Shown here one piece after another: positions 1 through 8,968 of a stretch of DNA of 54,238 bases. Where the stretch lies: IMG/VR virus record IMGVR_UViG_2541047842_000005; one strand, given 5' to 3'. The position numbers and the translations under genes are program-made. The DNA comes from a virus (Duplodnaviria > Heunggongvirae > Uroviricota > Caudoviricetes). The notes beneath the pieces were generated by a model. It was not told where the DNA came from, did no database searches, and saw nothing but the letters and a program-made list of their open reading frames with translations. The stretch's first letter is position 1; each line of letters opens with the position of its first letter.

Positions 1-231
1 TTATGTATTATCTTTGGCTGACGTTAAACCAATCTGATCAAAGAACTGCATTACGTCCTGATAGCGGTACATAACGCCACGCCCGGTACCAAGTACATCA
101 ACAGGGGCCGGGAACGGAGTTCCGTTCCGTTCCCACTTTTTACGCCATAAGTAAAACGTTCCCCTGCTAATTCCCCCCAGCATACGGCAGATGGCAGGGC
201 GACTAAGAAGAATTGTTGCCGTTTTATCCAT
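1..231 (-). CDS. AlpA-family winged-HTH protein (excisionase/regulator-like)
   Basis: 76 aa, ATG at 231-229 overlapping the stop of the upstream gene; LSRPAICRMLGGISRGTFYLWRKK..FPAPV..GRGVMYRYQDVMQFF fits the AlpA/Xis-type HTH pattern; its stop codon is the first 3 nt of the window. Confidence 0.55.
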   Translation of the reverse strand: MDKTATILLSRPAICRMLGGISRGTFYLWRKKWERNGTPFPAPVDVLGTGRGVMYRYQDVMQFFDQIGLTSAKDNT

Positions 232-886
232 TATTCACCCCCGTGTATTCAACGTGTCCTATACATCCGTCTATAATAGCTTGCGCCATATTGCGATAAT
301 CGCACGAAAATTCGTTGTCGCGGTTAAAATCAATTTCTTTTGCAGCATCTTCACCGATAACCTTAGTAGCAAGTGCAAACGCAATTTCAGCCAGTATTTT
401 TTCTTTCGGATCTACATACAACTTATGAGCGAAATGCTTCCATTCCCCGGCTTGTTCAAAATCAGGCGCATCCATTTCTACAAAAAGAGCAAGGCGATCA
501 CTTATATACTTGTATTTCAGAATAACATATTTCCGACCATCGACAGGATCTAGAAGCTCAAGCCATACTCCGCATGGAGGCTTTTCTCCTGCCATCCATT
601 CCGTAACTTCTGGCGTATCGCAATCATGCCGCTCATCTTCGATTAATTCGTCAATGATTTCACTTTCTTTGTTCATGCCATCATCATCTTTATTAGATAA
701 ATTGGCATATTTATCAAACTTCCAGCTTGCCGCCATAACAGAATAAGTGCCGCGATCAGCGCGAACACCAACTAAATAACATGATCCAAAATTATATTCT
801 TCCCTGCATGTCGATACTTCAAACGATGGGTAGCATTCAGGGTTAGTGCGATGGCTAATCACACCGATTGCTTTTGATTTACTCAT
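224..886 (-). CDS. hypothetical protein (220 aa)
   Basis: Long ORF in the minus-strand early operon; no motif recognised. Confidence 0.5.
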   Translation of the reverse strand: MSKSKAIGVISHRTNPECYPSFEVSTCREEYNFGSCYLVGVRADRGTYSVMAASWKFDKYANLSNKDDDGMNKESEIIDELIEDERHDCDTPEVTEWMAGEKPPCGVWLELLDPVDGRKYVILKYKYISDRLALFVEMDAPDFEQAGEWKHFAHKLYVDPKEKILAEIAFALATKVIGEDAAKEIDFNRDNEFSCDYRNMAQAIIDGCIGHVEYTGVNNG

Positions 887-900
887 TTGTTTATCCTCAA

Positions 901-1077
901 TTATGCCACTGGTACATCGTCAACTTTAATAAAATAATGTGGATGATTTCTAATATCTCTCAGGTAGTAGCACTGACACTCTCGCCACTCATTAGCCGCG
1001 CGATTAAGATAAAACACATTACCATTTTCTACCTTGTAATAAATCCCGGTCGGTTTAGCTTTAAAATACTCAACCAT
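901..1077 (-). CDS. small hypothetical protein (58 aa)
   Basis: ATG at 1077-1075 overlaps the ninB stop (TAATG); fills the gap between ninB and the 224-886 gene; below the ORF-track size cutoff. Confidence 0.3.
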   Translation of the reverse strand: MVEYFKAKPTGIYYKVENGNVFYLNRAANEWRECQCYYLRDIRNHPHYFIKVDDVPVA

Positions 1078-1508
1078 TATTGCCCCCAGCGTTTTATAAA
1101 TTCCTCGTTTAATTTCGTATCACCTGACCACTGAACGCCATGCTCAGCGCCGAACGAGTAGATCAGTTCGATTAATTCGCTAAATTCCGCTTTACTCATC
1201 CGGCTGGTTGATGTTCCCAGCACAACAAAGCCTGATTTGTCCAGGTTAGGGACAACGCCATATTTCTTAAGCCCGGCAGTGAATACCGCCTTCCAGTCTT
1301 CCGGCGACAGCCTCTTACCGTACCAATTAACCTGATCACTAATGTCGGTTAGCAACGCCCATAGAAGGCTATTTTGGCTTAGCGAGCGGGTTTTCTCCTG
1401 GATGGTGATTATCAGCGGGCTTTTGCTATCAGGCTGTATTTCCCTTATCTGCCTGATAGCATTTTCTTTCACGGCGTCGTTGACTATCTCAAATCTAATT
1501 TGCCTCAT
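1077..1508 (-). CDS. ninB: NinB (Orf-family recombination mediator)
   Basis: 143 aa; SQNSLLWALLTDISDQVNWYGKRL..VVPNLDKSGFVVLGTSTSRMSKAEFSELIELIYSFGAEHGVQW is near-colinear with lambda NinB as I recall it. Confidence 0.85.
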   Translation of the reverse strand: MRQIRFEIVNDAVKENAIRQIREIQPDSKSPLIITIQEKTRSLSQNSLLWALLTDISDQVNWYGKRLSPEDWKAVFTAGLKKYGVVPNLDKSGFVVLGTSTSRMSKAEFSELIELIYSFGAEHGVQWSGDTKLNEEFIKRWGQ

Positions 1509-1702
1509 AATACACCGTTGCTATTTTTCCATTGCGCCCGCGCATACATGATCGCCCATAAAGAAATGAGCCTTGAACTAGCCATATGGTCGTTTTTTAG
1601 TTTTTTCATATCAACGACGACAGGACGATCAGGATCATCGTCGCGCATGTATTCCGCAATCGTGCTCAGGTCTTCAACTGTTAAATCTAATTCCTTATCC
1701 AT
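1505..1702 (-). CDS. hypothetical protein (65 aa)
   Basis: ATG preceded by GAGGTGG; stop overlaps the ninB start (ATGA). Confidence 0.45.
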   Translation of the reverse strand: MDKELDLTVEDLSTIAEYMRDDDPDRPVVVDMKKLKNDHMASSRLISLWAIMYARAQWKNSNGVL

Positions 1703-1711
1703 AACGCCACC

Positions 1712-1918
1712 TCACACAATACGCATTGTGTTTCGTAATTCACCGCGCAGCGCCTGCAGTGCATCACGCATTGGTACAAAAACCCGGTTAAATTTTACGT
1801 GTTTATATTTCCGCATCAGTGGCGGTGTATACACCTTTGCGTCGTATACTTCCCACTGATAATAAACGCGCGTATCGTCAATAAACGTTTCAACTGAATA
1901 AAAGATTACCCGTCTCAT
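1712..1918 (-). CDS. hypothetical protein (68 aa)
   Basis: Compact ORF in the operon; start overlaps the stop of the upstream gene. Confidence 0.45.
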   Translation of the reverse strand: MRRVIFYSVETFIDDTRVYYQWEVYDAKVYTPPLMRKYKHVKFNRVFVPMRDALQALRGELRNTMRIV

Positions 1919-2442
1919 AATTCCAACCCCGTTTCACCGTTAAGTTTTTCGATCTCAAATACTGGTTTATCCGGCAGCAGGCCGTTATTTTTCCGGTATT
2001 CATTCAGGCGGTTGTTAAATTCAAATACGATAGGACTCGAACAACCATAGAAGCGAGCTGATCTAAAAAAGTATTTCCCATCAAATTTATTAACTGTTAA
2101 TAAATTTTCACTGCCTAACATCTTTAAAACCCGACAAATTTTCCTCTGTTTTATTTCGAGTTTTAATTCTTTTTTAACATCCTCAGCAGAAAAATAATCG
2201 CTACTATTCAGAAATAAAGGCATGATTTTTTTTATTGCCATTTCGCGCACTGACTTCAAGCAATATGATAATCGCGGCCCTCCCATTTCCACAGGAATAA
2301 TAGCGCCGTCAGAAACCATATCACGCAAACTATTAACGATCTCGATTTCAGGACCTGGAATAGATTTAATAATTGTTGCTTCACCAGCAACAGTGGCATC
2401 CTGTAAAAATTTCGCTATTTGTGTTTTATAAATGGTTTTCAT
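1915..2442 (-). CDS. hypothetical protein (about 175 aa)
   Basis: ORF track gives 1915-2478 from a GTG; first ATG is at 2442 with GAGG 13 nt upstream; start uncertain. Confidence 0.45.
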   Translation of the reverse strand: MKTIYKTQIAKFLQDATVAGEATIIKSIPGPEIEIVNSLRDMVSDGAIIPVEMGGPRLSYCLKSVREMAIKKIMPLFLNSSDYFSAEDVKKELKLEIKQRKICRVLKMLGSENLLTVNKFDGKYFFRSARFYGCSSPIVFEFNNRLNEYRKNNGLLPDKPVFEIEKLNGETGLEL

Positions 2443-2520
2443 TGTTTCTGGCCTCGATTTAAGCGCGAAAACAGCCACCAGAAAGCGGTAAACTTTCCGG
2501 TAAGCCGTTTCTCAAGTTAA

Positions 2521-3942
2521 TTAAAAAGATGCGTTATTCTGGTTGTTTCGTGGTGAGAATCGGCTTGCAGACGGACGTTGTTGCATTGACTGGATGCAAG
2601 CTGACGCCGCGCGGGCCTGGTCGCATGGTAAGATGTTGCCGTTGTCGTCAAACCGCTGGTAAACAGTCCCCGTTTTCCCGTGACGGTTTTTCGAAACAAT
2701 GATCTCCATATATTCGCGGGCAACAGACTGTTCATCATAGTACCCGTCGCGGTAGACCATGATGATCCGGTCTGCGTCCTGTTCAAGATTACCGGAATCA
2801 CGCAGATCAGAATTGTTCGGGCGCTTGTTCGGTCGTTCCTCAACGCGGCGGGATAATTGCGCCAGTGCCAACACTGGTACGCGCAATTCTTTCGCCATCA
2901 TCTTCAACGACCATGACAATTGCCCTACAGCGAGATCGTGACGTTCGGCCTTAGCCAGCTTCATCAACCCGATGTAGTCAATCATTACCATACCGAGGTT
3001 GGGATGATCCTGTTTCATCCGTTCCGTTGTGGCGCGTATTTCCTCAACCGTTAATTGAGACGCGTCAACAATCCAAACGTCAAGATTAGCAAGTGCGCTC
3101 ATACCCTGACCAACATGCGCCAACCCCTCATCATCAAGTTTTACAGGATTACGCAGGCAGTCGGTTGATAAATTACCAGCGCCAGCTATAGCGCGTTCAG
3201 TCATCTGATCGAGTGACATTTCAAGCGTGAAGAACAAAACGCCAACCCGCTGATCTTTACTGCCAGGGTAAGGGTGCTCAGCAGCAGCGCGGGCAATCGC
3301 CAGCGCCAACGCAGATTTACCAGACCCAGGGCGTCCGGCGAGAAGTACCAAATCAGTAGCGTTAATACCGCCTAACATTTCGTCGAGCGGTTCTATCCCT
3401 GTTTTGATGTTGTCAGAATTGACACCGCATTCCATGCGCTTGCTTAAAACCTCTGTGTATTCCTGTACCGCATCGCGCAACAGAACAGGAATGATCTTGT
3501 CTTTCGTTACCTTTAATTTTGAATACCGGGAATCAAAATCTTTCATCGTCTCTTTGACGACTTCAAGCGTCCCCGTTTCCAGCTTGTAGCGCATATCGTC
3601 GATGAGTTCTAACATCTGCCGCCGCTGGTGCTCTTCACGTAGTAGCTGCGCATAGCCTTTCAGGTTTGCGGCAGAAGGACACGAACGCGCCGTTTGCATT
3701 AGCGGTACAAAGTTTTCATTGCCAATCTCATCGCCAACCAATAACGCGTCGATAAGATTCCTGTTTCTGGCTTGCGCCCGGATAACTTCAAACGCACGTT
3801 TGTAAAGCGGGATCGTGAACACTTCAGGATCCAGAGTGGCGAGAACATCTTGCGCGTTAGGAGTGAGGCCGCCTAACAGCAGCCCGCCGATAACTGACGC
3901 TTCACGTTCCTGCCGTAGTGAGTTTATTTGCTCAGTTACCAT
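2521..3942 (-). CDS. replicative DNA helicase, DnaB family
   Basis: 473 aa; Walker A LAGRPGSGKSALA, then DnaB-type motifs (FTLEMS, MVMIDYIGLM, ALAQLSRRVEERPNKRPNNSDLRDSGNLEQDAD). Confidence 0.9.
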   Translation of the reverse strand: MVTEQINSLRQEREASVIGGLLLGGLTPNAQDVLATLDPEVFTIPLYKRAFEVIRAQARNRNLIDALLVGDEIGNENFVPLMQTARSCPSAANLKGYAQLLREEHQRRQMLELIDDMRYKLETGTLEVVKETMKDFDSRYSKLKVTKDKIIPVLLRDAVQEYTEVLSKRMECGVNSDNIKTGIEPLDEMLGGINATDLVLLAGRPGSGKSALALAIARAAAEHPYPGSKDQRVGVLFFTLEMSLDQMTERAIAGAGNLSTDCLRNPVKLDDEGLAHVGQGMSALANLDVWIVDASQLTVEEIRATTERMKQDHPNLGMVMIDYIGLMKLAKAERHDLAVGQLSWSLKMMAKELRVPVLALAQLSRRVEERPNKRPNNSDLRDSGNLEQDADRIIMVYRDGYYDEQSVAREYMEIIVSKNRHGKTGTVYQRFDDNGNILPCDQARAASACIQSMQQRPSASRFSPRNNQNNASF

Positions 3943-3960
3943 TATGTTATTGCCTCCGGT

Positions 3961-5079
3961 TTACAAAATGGAATATTCAGGGTAATAAACAAAACGCCCG
4001 ATTTCCCCATGATCCGGGCTGTAAATAATCACCGCTGCCATCCGCCGCGACCGCCATCCGCCATTTGTTGAGTAAGCGTCTTTACCCGCTAACGTGCCGT
4101 GATACTCAACAACGCCTAACGATGATTCAATCAGCCGTTGATGATGCCAGTGCCCGCAATGAGCGTAAACCGCCGCAGACTTGCCAAAGTCTTCTCGCCA
4201 GTCAGAGACGCAGGCAGACAACAAATTTTCAGGTTTTTTGATAGTATGACCGTGATGATATGCAAGGAATGTTTTGCCGTACTGTGTGTGGTGGACGATG
4301 GCAGGTGACACATCAACAGTAACGCGCGGTTCGTCTTCGTAAAAAGCCGCCAGCGCCGCACGTAGCCAGATCATTCCTGACTGGTCGTGATTACCTGATA
4401 ACACCTGAATTTCTACATCCTTATGATTCAACAACATCTTACCTACAGCACGCCGGACCGACCGGATCGCCACATAAACAAGTTTTGCGTAGCGTGAATC
4501 GCAATCTAAGACGTGATTACTTGATGGCGTCACTGGTAATAGCCCGTCCGTGTGAAGCACATCACCGCCGAGAAGCAATACAGCTTTTTCAGACGTTGGT
4601 GCAGCGCCTACAGCGTAGTCAAAGAAGTCATTTAACACGCGTTCAGCGATCCCGGTGTCGTAGCTCTCACCGCATTCAGCTTTATGAGCAAGCGCCCCGA
4701 TATGCAGATCGAATACCGGATAAAGGGCCAGGCTTTTTTGGAAATCAATCTCAGGCACTGGCACAGCCTCCGCGCGTGGTATCTCTTCCGTGAAAGCGTC
4801 ACAAGCCGATTGCATTAGCATTTCCATTTCATCGCGGTCACGGGCTGTTTTAATCCAGCGCATAATCACATTGCCATCCTTATCGACGAGCAATGACTCA
4901 CCATTGACGCCAAAACCCGGCGCGCGACGCGTGGATATTAAACCGCGTTTCGCCAGCCGTGCGCCCAGTCGTTCAACGTTGCGTTTTGCCATTCCATATT
5001 CTTCGGCTATTTGCTTGTAAGTTTTCCCATTGTTGTATTCAGCGATTAATTGCTCGTCGCTGATCTTTCTTTGCGACAT
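3961..5079 (-). CDS. HTH domain fused to calcineurin-like metallophosphoesterase
   Basis: 372 aa; N-terminal HTH (YKQIAEEYGMAKRNVERLGARLAKRGLI); phosphoesterase signature DLHIG...GGDVLHTDG...GNHD; sits immediately upstream of the helicase gene. Confidence 0.65.
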   Translation of the reverse strand: MSQRKISDEQLIAEYNNGKTYKQIAEEYGMAKRNVERLGARLAKRGLISTRRAPGFGVNGESLLVDKDGNVIMRWIKTARDRDEMEMLMQSACDAFTEEIPRAEAVPVPEIDFQKSLALYPVFDLHIGALAHKAECGESYDTGIAERVLNDFFDYAVGAAPTSEKAVLLLGGDVLHTDGLLPVTPSSNHVLDCDSRYAKLVYVAIRSVRRAVGKMLLNHKDVEIQVLSGNHDQSGMIWLRAALAAFYEDEPRVTVDVSPAIVHHTQYGKTFLAYHHGHTIKKPENLLSACVSDWREDFGKSAAVYAHCGHWHHQRLIESSLGVVEYHGTLAGKDAYSTNGGWRSRRMAAVIIYSPDHGEIGRFVYYPEYSIL

Positions 5080-5255
5080 AATGTTATTTCCTCCGGTTCA
5101 CTGAATGAGTATTTATTCATAAAAAACTAATTTTTATTAACATGGGTTTCACGGTGGCAAAAAATGCCAGCAGGGTTAATCAACAACTTATGCAAATTGA
5201 AATAACTACTTAATGAATAACTAATCGTACACATTGTGGTTTACATTTTGTATAT

Positions 5256-6179
5256 TCATTGGCAGCAAACAAGCCCTTTATATGCTTCTTCTACCATGTC
5301 GAATACTTCCGGCCTGTAATAGAAAAACTCATTACTGCCATCAAATTTTACAGGAAAGTTAATTTTATAATTGCTGAAATATTTATGCATCATGCTTTCT
5401 AATTCATGGATATTTTCGGTTGGACCTTCTAACGTTTTCACGACACATAAATCAGGGATTCTAACGCCTGATTTATGTGCGCTTTTTAATACCCGATTTC
5501 TTCGCTTGTTCTCATTAACGCTTACGCCGATTTTCATTTGTGTAGGCACTTCAGGATCATCAACCATGATGTAAAGTTTGCCGAAATTGTGTGACAAAAA
5601 ACCGTGTTTCGCACATTTCGGGCAGCCTTGCCCGCTTTTAATAGCATAAGGTCTAGGCGACCACTTATGATCACAAACCTTGCATCGACATAATACTTTT
5701 GTCCTATCGTTTATTATTTCTCCCAATACTTCAATATCATGATTTACCTTAGTGATAGCGGATAAATGTTCTTCGTGTGATAATGTTCGTCTTTGTGCGA
5801 TTTTTAAACCTTTACATTTCGGGCAGCCGCGCCCGTTTTTTAGGTTGTTAGGTTTAGCCGACCATTCGTGATTACAAACTTTGCAGCGGCATAATGCTTT
5901 TGTATCGCCGTTTATTATTTCGCCAATCACTTCGACATCAGAATTAACCTTCTCGATAGCGGCAACCTGTTCTTCGTGTGATAATTTCATCTTTCCGGCG
6001 CATTTCGGGCAGCCGTAACCGCTTTTAAGATTGTAAGGTCTAGCCGACCATTCGTGACTGCAAACCTTGCAGCGGCAGGATACTTTTGTCCTGTTATTGA
6101 CAATTTCCCCCAGCACTTCGACATCATGATTAACCTTAGCGATAGCCGCAACCTGTTCATCATGTGTTAACTTGCGCAT
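5256..6179 (-). CDS. triple zinc-ribbon repeat protein with C-terminal T5orf172/GIY-YIG-like domain
   Basis: 307 aa; three tandem ~56-aa repeats HxEQVAAIxKVNxDVEVxGEIxNxxTKxxCRCKVCxHEWSAxPxNLKxGxGCPKC; C-terminus GKLYIMVDD..KIGVSVNENKRRNR..H..EFFYY fits the T5orf172 pattern; strong SD AAGGAG. Confidence 0.55.
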   Translation of the reverse strand: MRKLTHDEQVAAIAKVNHDVEVLGEIVNNRTKVSCRCKVCSHEWSARPYNLKSGYGCPKCAGKMKLSHEEQVAAIEKVNSDVEVIGEIINGDTKALCRCKVCNHEWSAKPNNLKNGRGCPKCKGLKIAQRRTLSHEEHLSAITKVNHDIEVLGEIINDRTKVLCRCKVCDHKWSPRPYAIKSGQGCPKCAKHGFLSHNFGKLYIMVDDPEVPTQMKIGVSVNENKRRNRVLKSAHKSGVRIPDLCVVKTLEGPTENIHELESMMHKYFSNYKINFPVKFDGSNEFFYYRPEVFDMVEEAYKGLVCCQ

Positions 6180-6320
6180 CGTTCCAACTCCTTAAAACGC
6201 CTCAGACGCGCTACAACGCAAAAATCCCACCGCGACACCCGTTTGCACAGGTTGCAGTGTCTTATTGCGTCAGAGGCGCTATCAGGTGTCTAATTTTTGA
6301 TTTACAGACTGGTAGGTAGG

Positions 6321-6422
6321 TTATGGATTTACTAGAAGGAACAAACCGCCAAACAAAACGACGTTAACAGCTATTGCCGCAGCTATGGCGAAAGCCAGGG
6401 CGAAAACGTGTTTACTATCCAT
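6321..6422 (-). CDS. micro-ORF, hydrophobic peptide (33 aa)
   Basis: MDSKHVFALAFAIAAAIAVNVVLFGGLFLLVNP; SD AGAGAGG 7 nt upstream of ATG at 6422; one predicted TM helix; not in the ORF track. Confidence 0.3.
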   Translation of the reverse strand: MDSKHVFALAFAIAAAIAVNVVLFGGLFLLVNP

Positions 6423-6555
6423 TTTAAAATCCTCTCTGTAACGCTCTCTAACGAGCTAATCGCAAAAAGGTAAGCAAGTGTAGCACCACATGCGATTTAG
6501 CTCGCTGGTGAGGTTGTTTTGTGGGTAATTTTGGATTTTTGCGGATCGTGGTTGG

Positions 6556-7602
6556 TCAAAGAGCGCCAGCGCGCGTATCACGTAGCGTTTTTGGTTTAAG
6601 CAGGAAATCAAGTGTCGCAGTGAAGCCATTGCCGAAGTAAAAATCTGAAGCCGTGTTTTTGAACGTTTCGAAGTAGGCGACAAAGCCGTTAATGCTTTTG
6701 TCTTTCAGGTAGTCAGTGAACGCATAGATCTTGCGTTCAAGATCCCGATCCAGTTCGGCAGGTGGTAACAGGCCGTCAAACGTGCTGTTAAATGCTTCCA
6801 CCACGTCGGCAGCGCTTACAGTAGCTGATAGCTTGCGCCATTGCTCAGCGTCAGCCAGATACCCATCGAATTTAGTTACCCGGCAAATGTTGATAGGCTT
6901 AGGTGTTCCACCACGGCTGCGCCATTGCGTCAAAGCCCATTCGATTACTAATGTGATCTCATCCTCCGTGTATGCCTTACGTGTTTTTGTTTCTGTCAGT
7001 AGTTCGATAAATGGCTTAGCATCACGACACTTGCATCCAGCTTTGTCGTTGTAGAAGGCCAAGCAACGCAATGCCGCTTCGTTTACGCCATCCTGATTGA
7101 CCGTTTTTTGTCCATTTTCGCTAATACACGAAGTGTATATATCTTTTTCACTTTCTTCTTCTACTTCTAATTCATGACCCTTTCCTGACCCGGTCATGAC
7201 CCTATCATGACCTTTTGGTGTTGGATTGATTAACTTCTCTAATTTTAATTGCTCCTTCGCTGTGTTTATAGCAGCCCTATAAGCACTCTTAGAAGTCATT
7301 GATTGGTCCAGCCTTTTTAATAACTTTAGGCAAGTTATGTGGCCTTGAGAACATTCGAACAAACCAATTTCGATGAAGTATTTCATCATTTCTTCTATAC
7401 GTTTTTCAGTAGATCCGACGTTTCGCGCAATGATTCTCGCGTCATGTCGTAGGTCAAAATTCAGATTGTGCTGATCTACGTCATAAGTTATTAGTTCGAG
7501 GCAATACCAATAAAGCCCGTACCCTTCCAGGCCATAATCTAACAAAACGTTTTGAAGTTTTTCATCGCGGTTCGCATCGCTGTCATGCTTAAACCACTTC
7601 AT
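6556..7602 (-). CDS. phage replication initiation protein (replisome organiser-like)
   Basis: 348 aa; N-terminus MKWFKHDSDANRDEKLQNVLLDYGLEGYGLYWYCLELI resembles the DUF4373-type N-domain of phage replication initiators; upstream of the helicase. Confidence 0.6.
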   Translation of the reverse strand: MKWFKHDSDANRDEKLQNVLLDYGLEGYGLYWYCLELITYDVDQHNLNFDLRHDARIIARNVGSTEKRIEEMMKYFIEIGLFECSQGHITCLKLLKRLDQSMTSKSAYRAAINTAKEQLKLEKLINPTPKGHDRVMTGSGKGHELEVEEESEKDIYTSCISENGQKTVNQDGVNEAALRCLAFYNDKAGCKCRDAKPFIELLTETKTRKAYTEDEITLVIEWALTQWRSRGGTPKPINICRVTKFDGYLADAEQWRKLSATVSAADVVEAFNSTFDGLLPPAELDRDLERKIYAFTDYLKDKSINGFVAYFETFKNTASDFYFGNGFTATLDFLLKPKTLRDTRAGAL

Positions 7603-7605
7603 AGA

Positions 7606-7863
7606 TCATCCCTCCGGCAACATCACTACATAGACATCACTGAATGCATCAAGACGACAAACAAATCCTTTATCCATTAACGCGGCGAAGGCATCATGTA
7701 CCGTATGAACAGGAAGTTCACACATTGCGGCTACTTCTTTGCGTGATGCATCATGTACCCGTCCTTTGTTATCTGCCTTTTCAGCCAGAGCCATTAAGAC
7801 AAGTTTTTGAATCGGGCTATTAAGTTTTACGTTCCATGCTTTACTAATCATGTTCATACTCAT
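7606..7863 (-). CDS. HTH_36-like DNA-binding protein, first gene of the early operon (Cro-like position)
   Basis: ORF track gives 7606-7941 from a TTG; ATG at 7863 has GGAG 8 nt upstream; NSPIQKLVLMALAEKADNKGRVHDASRKEVAAMCELPVHTVHDAFAALMDKGFV fits an HTH_36-type winged helix. Confidence 0.5.
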   Translation of the reverse strand: MSMNMISKAWNVKLNSPIQKLVLMALAEKADNKGRVHDASRKEVAAMCELPVHTVHDAFAALMDKGFVCRLDAFSDVYVVMLPEG

Positions 7864-8168
7864 CGCATTTTCTCCTATGGTTAGAGTGAACGCGCGGGCG
7901 GGCATCCCATTAGCATTAGATAGCAGTGACTGACCGCTCAACAGATCCCGCCGTTGCGTGATATTTGTTTTTCGCTTCGCAGCGACACCGGATTTTTAAA
8001 GAGCATAAGGTAAGTGCCTTTTTGTGCCTTCAGTTATCTTTTTCCTTGCGTCTTTGCAAGTATGGCCTTACCTTGTCTGCAAGTTTACAAAATGGAATTT
8101 TAAGATCAAGGCTTAAAATACACGTTTTGTGACTTGCATCAAACTTTTTGAGGTTATAGGGTAGCGAC
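7864..8168. promoter_or_regulatory. divergent immunity control region (candidate operators and promoters)
   Basis: Non-coding gap between the divergent cI-like and early-operon genes; repeated half-site TGCAAGT at about 8055-8061 and 8078-8084, and inverted at 8133-8139; also TTTACAAAATGGAAT and TGTGA-N6-TCAAA. Confidence 0.45.
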
Positions 8169-8816
8169 ATGAAAACAAAATGGTATGACTTAGCAAAGCA
8201 GCTCATGCGGGCGCAGGGCATGAGTCAGGATTCACTCGCAGATCTCATGGGGATAACTAAAGGCGGCCTGTCACACTGGCTGAACGGTCGCCGCGAGCCA
8301 AATCTTGAAGATATTGCGCGGATTATGCGGGCGCTTGGTCGTCGGCAGTTCACTGTTACACATGATGGTATGGTCATTGATGATTCTGTTTCTAATACAC
8401 TTCAGGCCGCACCGCCGCGTGATTTAGGTAGTTACCCGGTTATTGACTGGAAGGACACAGTAAACAATATGGATGACACAAGGCGATCAGCATTACCACA
8501 CGTTACGACTAGCGTTATTTGTTCAGATGATAGTTACTGGCTGGTTGCCAAAGGTGAATCAATGAACGCGCCGCAGGGGTTGAGCATCCCGGCGGGGACG
8601 ATGATACTTGTTGACCCGCACGCGCCAGCTATTGACGGCAAACTGGTTATAGCCCAGCTTGAGGAAGGGCAGATACCGACGTTTAAACAGTTGATTATTG
8701 ATGGAGGTCAAAGGCTTTTACGTTCGCTCAATCCGCTGTATCCGCCAATCCCTATGAATCCAGAATCAAAAATTATAGGCGTGGTGGTTGATGCGAAGAT
8801 CGTAAACCTGCCATAA
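8169..8816 (+). CDS. cI: cI-type phage repressor (HTH plus S24 LexA-like peptidase domain)
   Basis: 215 aa; N-terminal HTH (QDSLADLMGITKGGLSHWLNGRREP); C-terminal S24 fold with GESM serine and a downstream FKQL lysine. Confidence 0.85.
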   Translation: MKTKWYDLAKQLMRAQGMSQDSLADLMGITKGGLSHWLNGRREPNLEDIARIMRALGRRQFTVTHDGMVIDDSVSNTLQAAPPRDLGSYPVIDWKDTVNNMDDTRRSALPHVTTSVICSDDSYWLVAKGESMNAPQGLSIPAGTMILVDPHAPAIDGKLVIAQLEEGQIPTFKQLIIDGGQRLLRSLNPLYPPIPMNPESKIIGVVVDAKIVNLP

Positions 8817-8821
8817 ACATT

Positions 8822-8846
8822 AGCCGCCGGATGGCGGCTTTTCTTT
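8822..8846 (+). terminator. rho-independent terminator after the repressor gene
   Basis: GCCGCC-GGAT-GGCGGC stem-loop followed by TTTTCTTT. Confidence 0.5.
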
Positions 8847-8939
8847 GCCTGGAAAACGCCAAAACGTAAACAGAAAACGTTATTTATTGTTTAAATATCA
8901 ATAGCATATAAAATATTTTAAAAAAGTATACAAAATGGA

Positions 8940-8968
8940 TTGACTCGATGTTTTACGGGGCGTATATT
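8940..8968 (+). promoter_or_regulatory. sigma70-like promoter (pL analogue)
   Basis: TTGACT, 17-nt spacer, TATATT; a TATACAAAATGG motif lies directly upstream. Confidence 0.4.

Noticed and set aside
868-1134. 88-aa plus-strand ORF
   Set aside because: Overlaps three minus-strand genes that have proper starts and coupling; no SD.
2517-2843. 108-aa minus-strand ORF overlapping the 3-prime end of the helicase gene
   Set aside because: Entirely nested in another frame of the well-supported DnaB-type gene; no SD.
7603-7605. Possible stop-codon read-through or frameshift joining the HTH_36-like gene and the replication initiator (same frame, separated by a single stop)
   Set aside because: The stop is followed by an in-frame ATG with its own SD (GGAGGG) embedded in the end of the upstream gene, which is the ordinary coupled-gene arrangement; no slippery sequence is present.
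8030-8221. Minus-strand ORF in the immunity region, considered as a possible Cro
   Set aside because: It overlaps the start of the cI-type repressor gene, is lysine-rich with no helix-turn-helix, and its only ATG shares bases with the repressor ATG; more likely a chance ORF in an AT-rich regulatory region.
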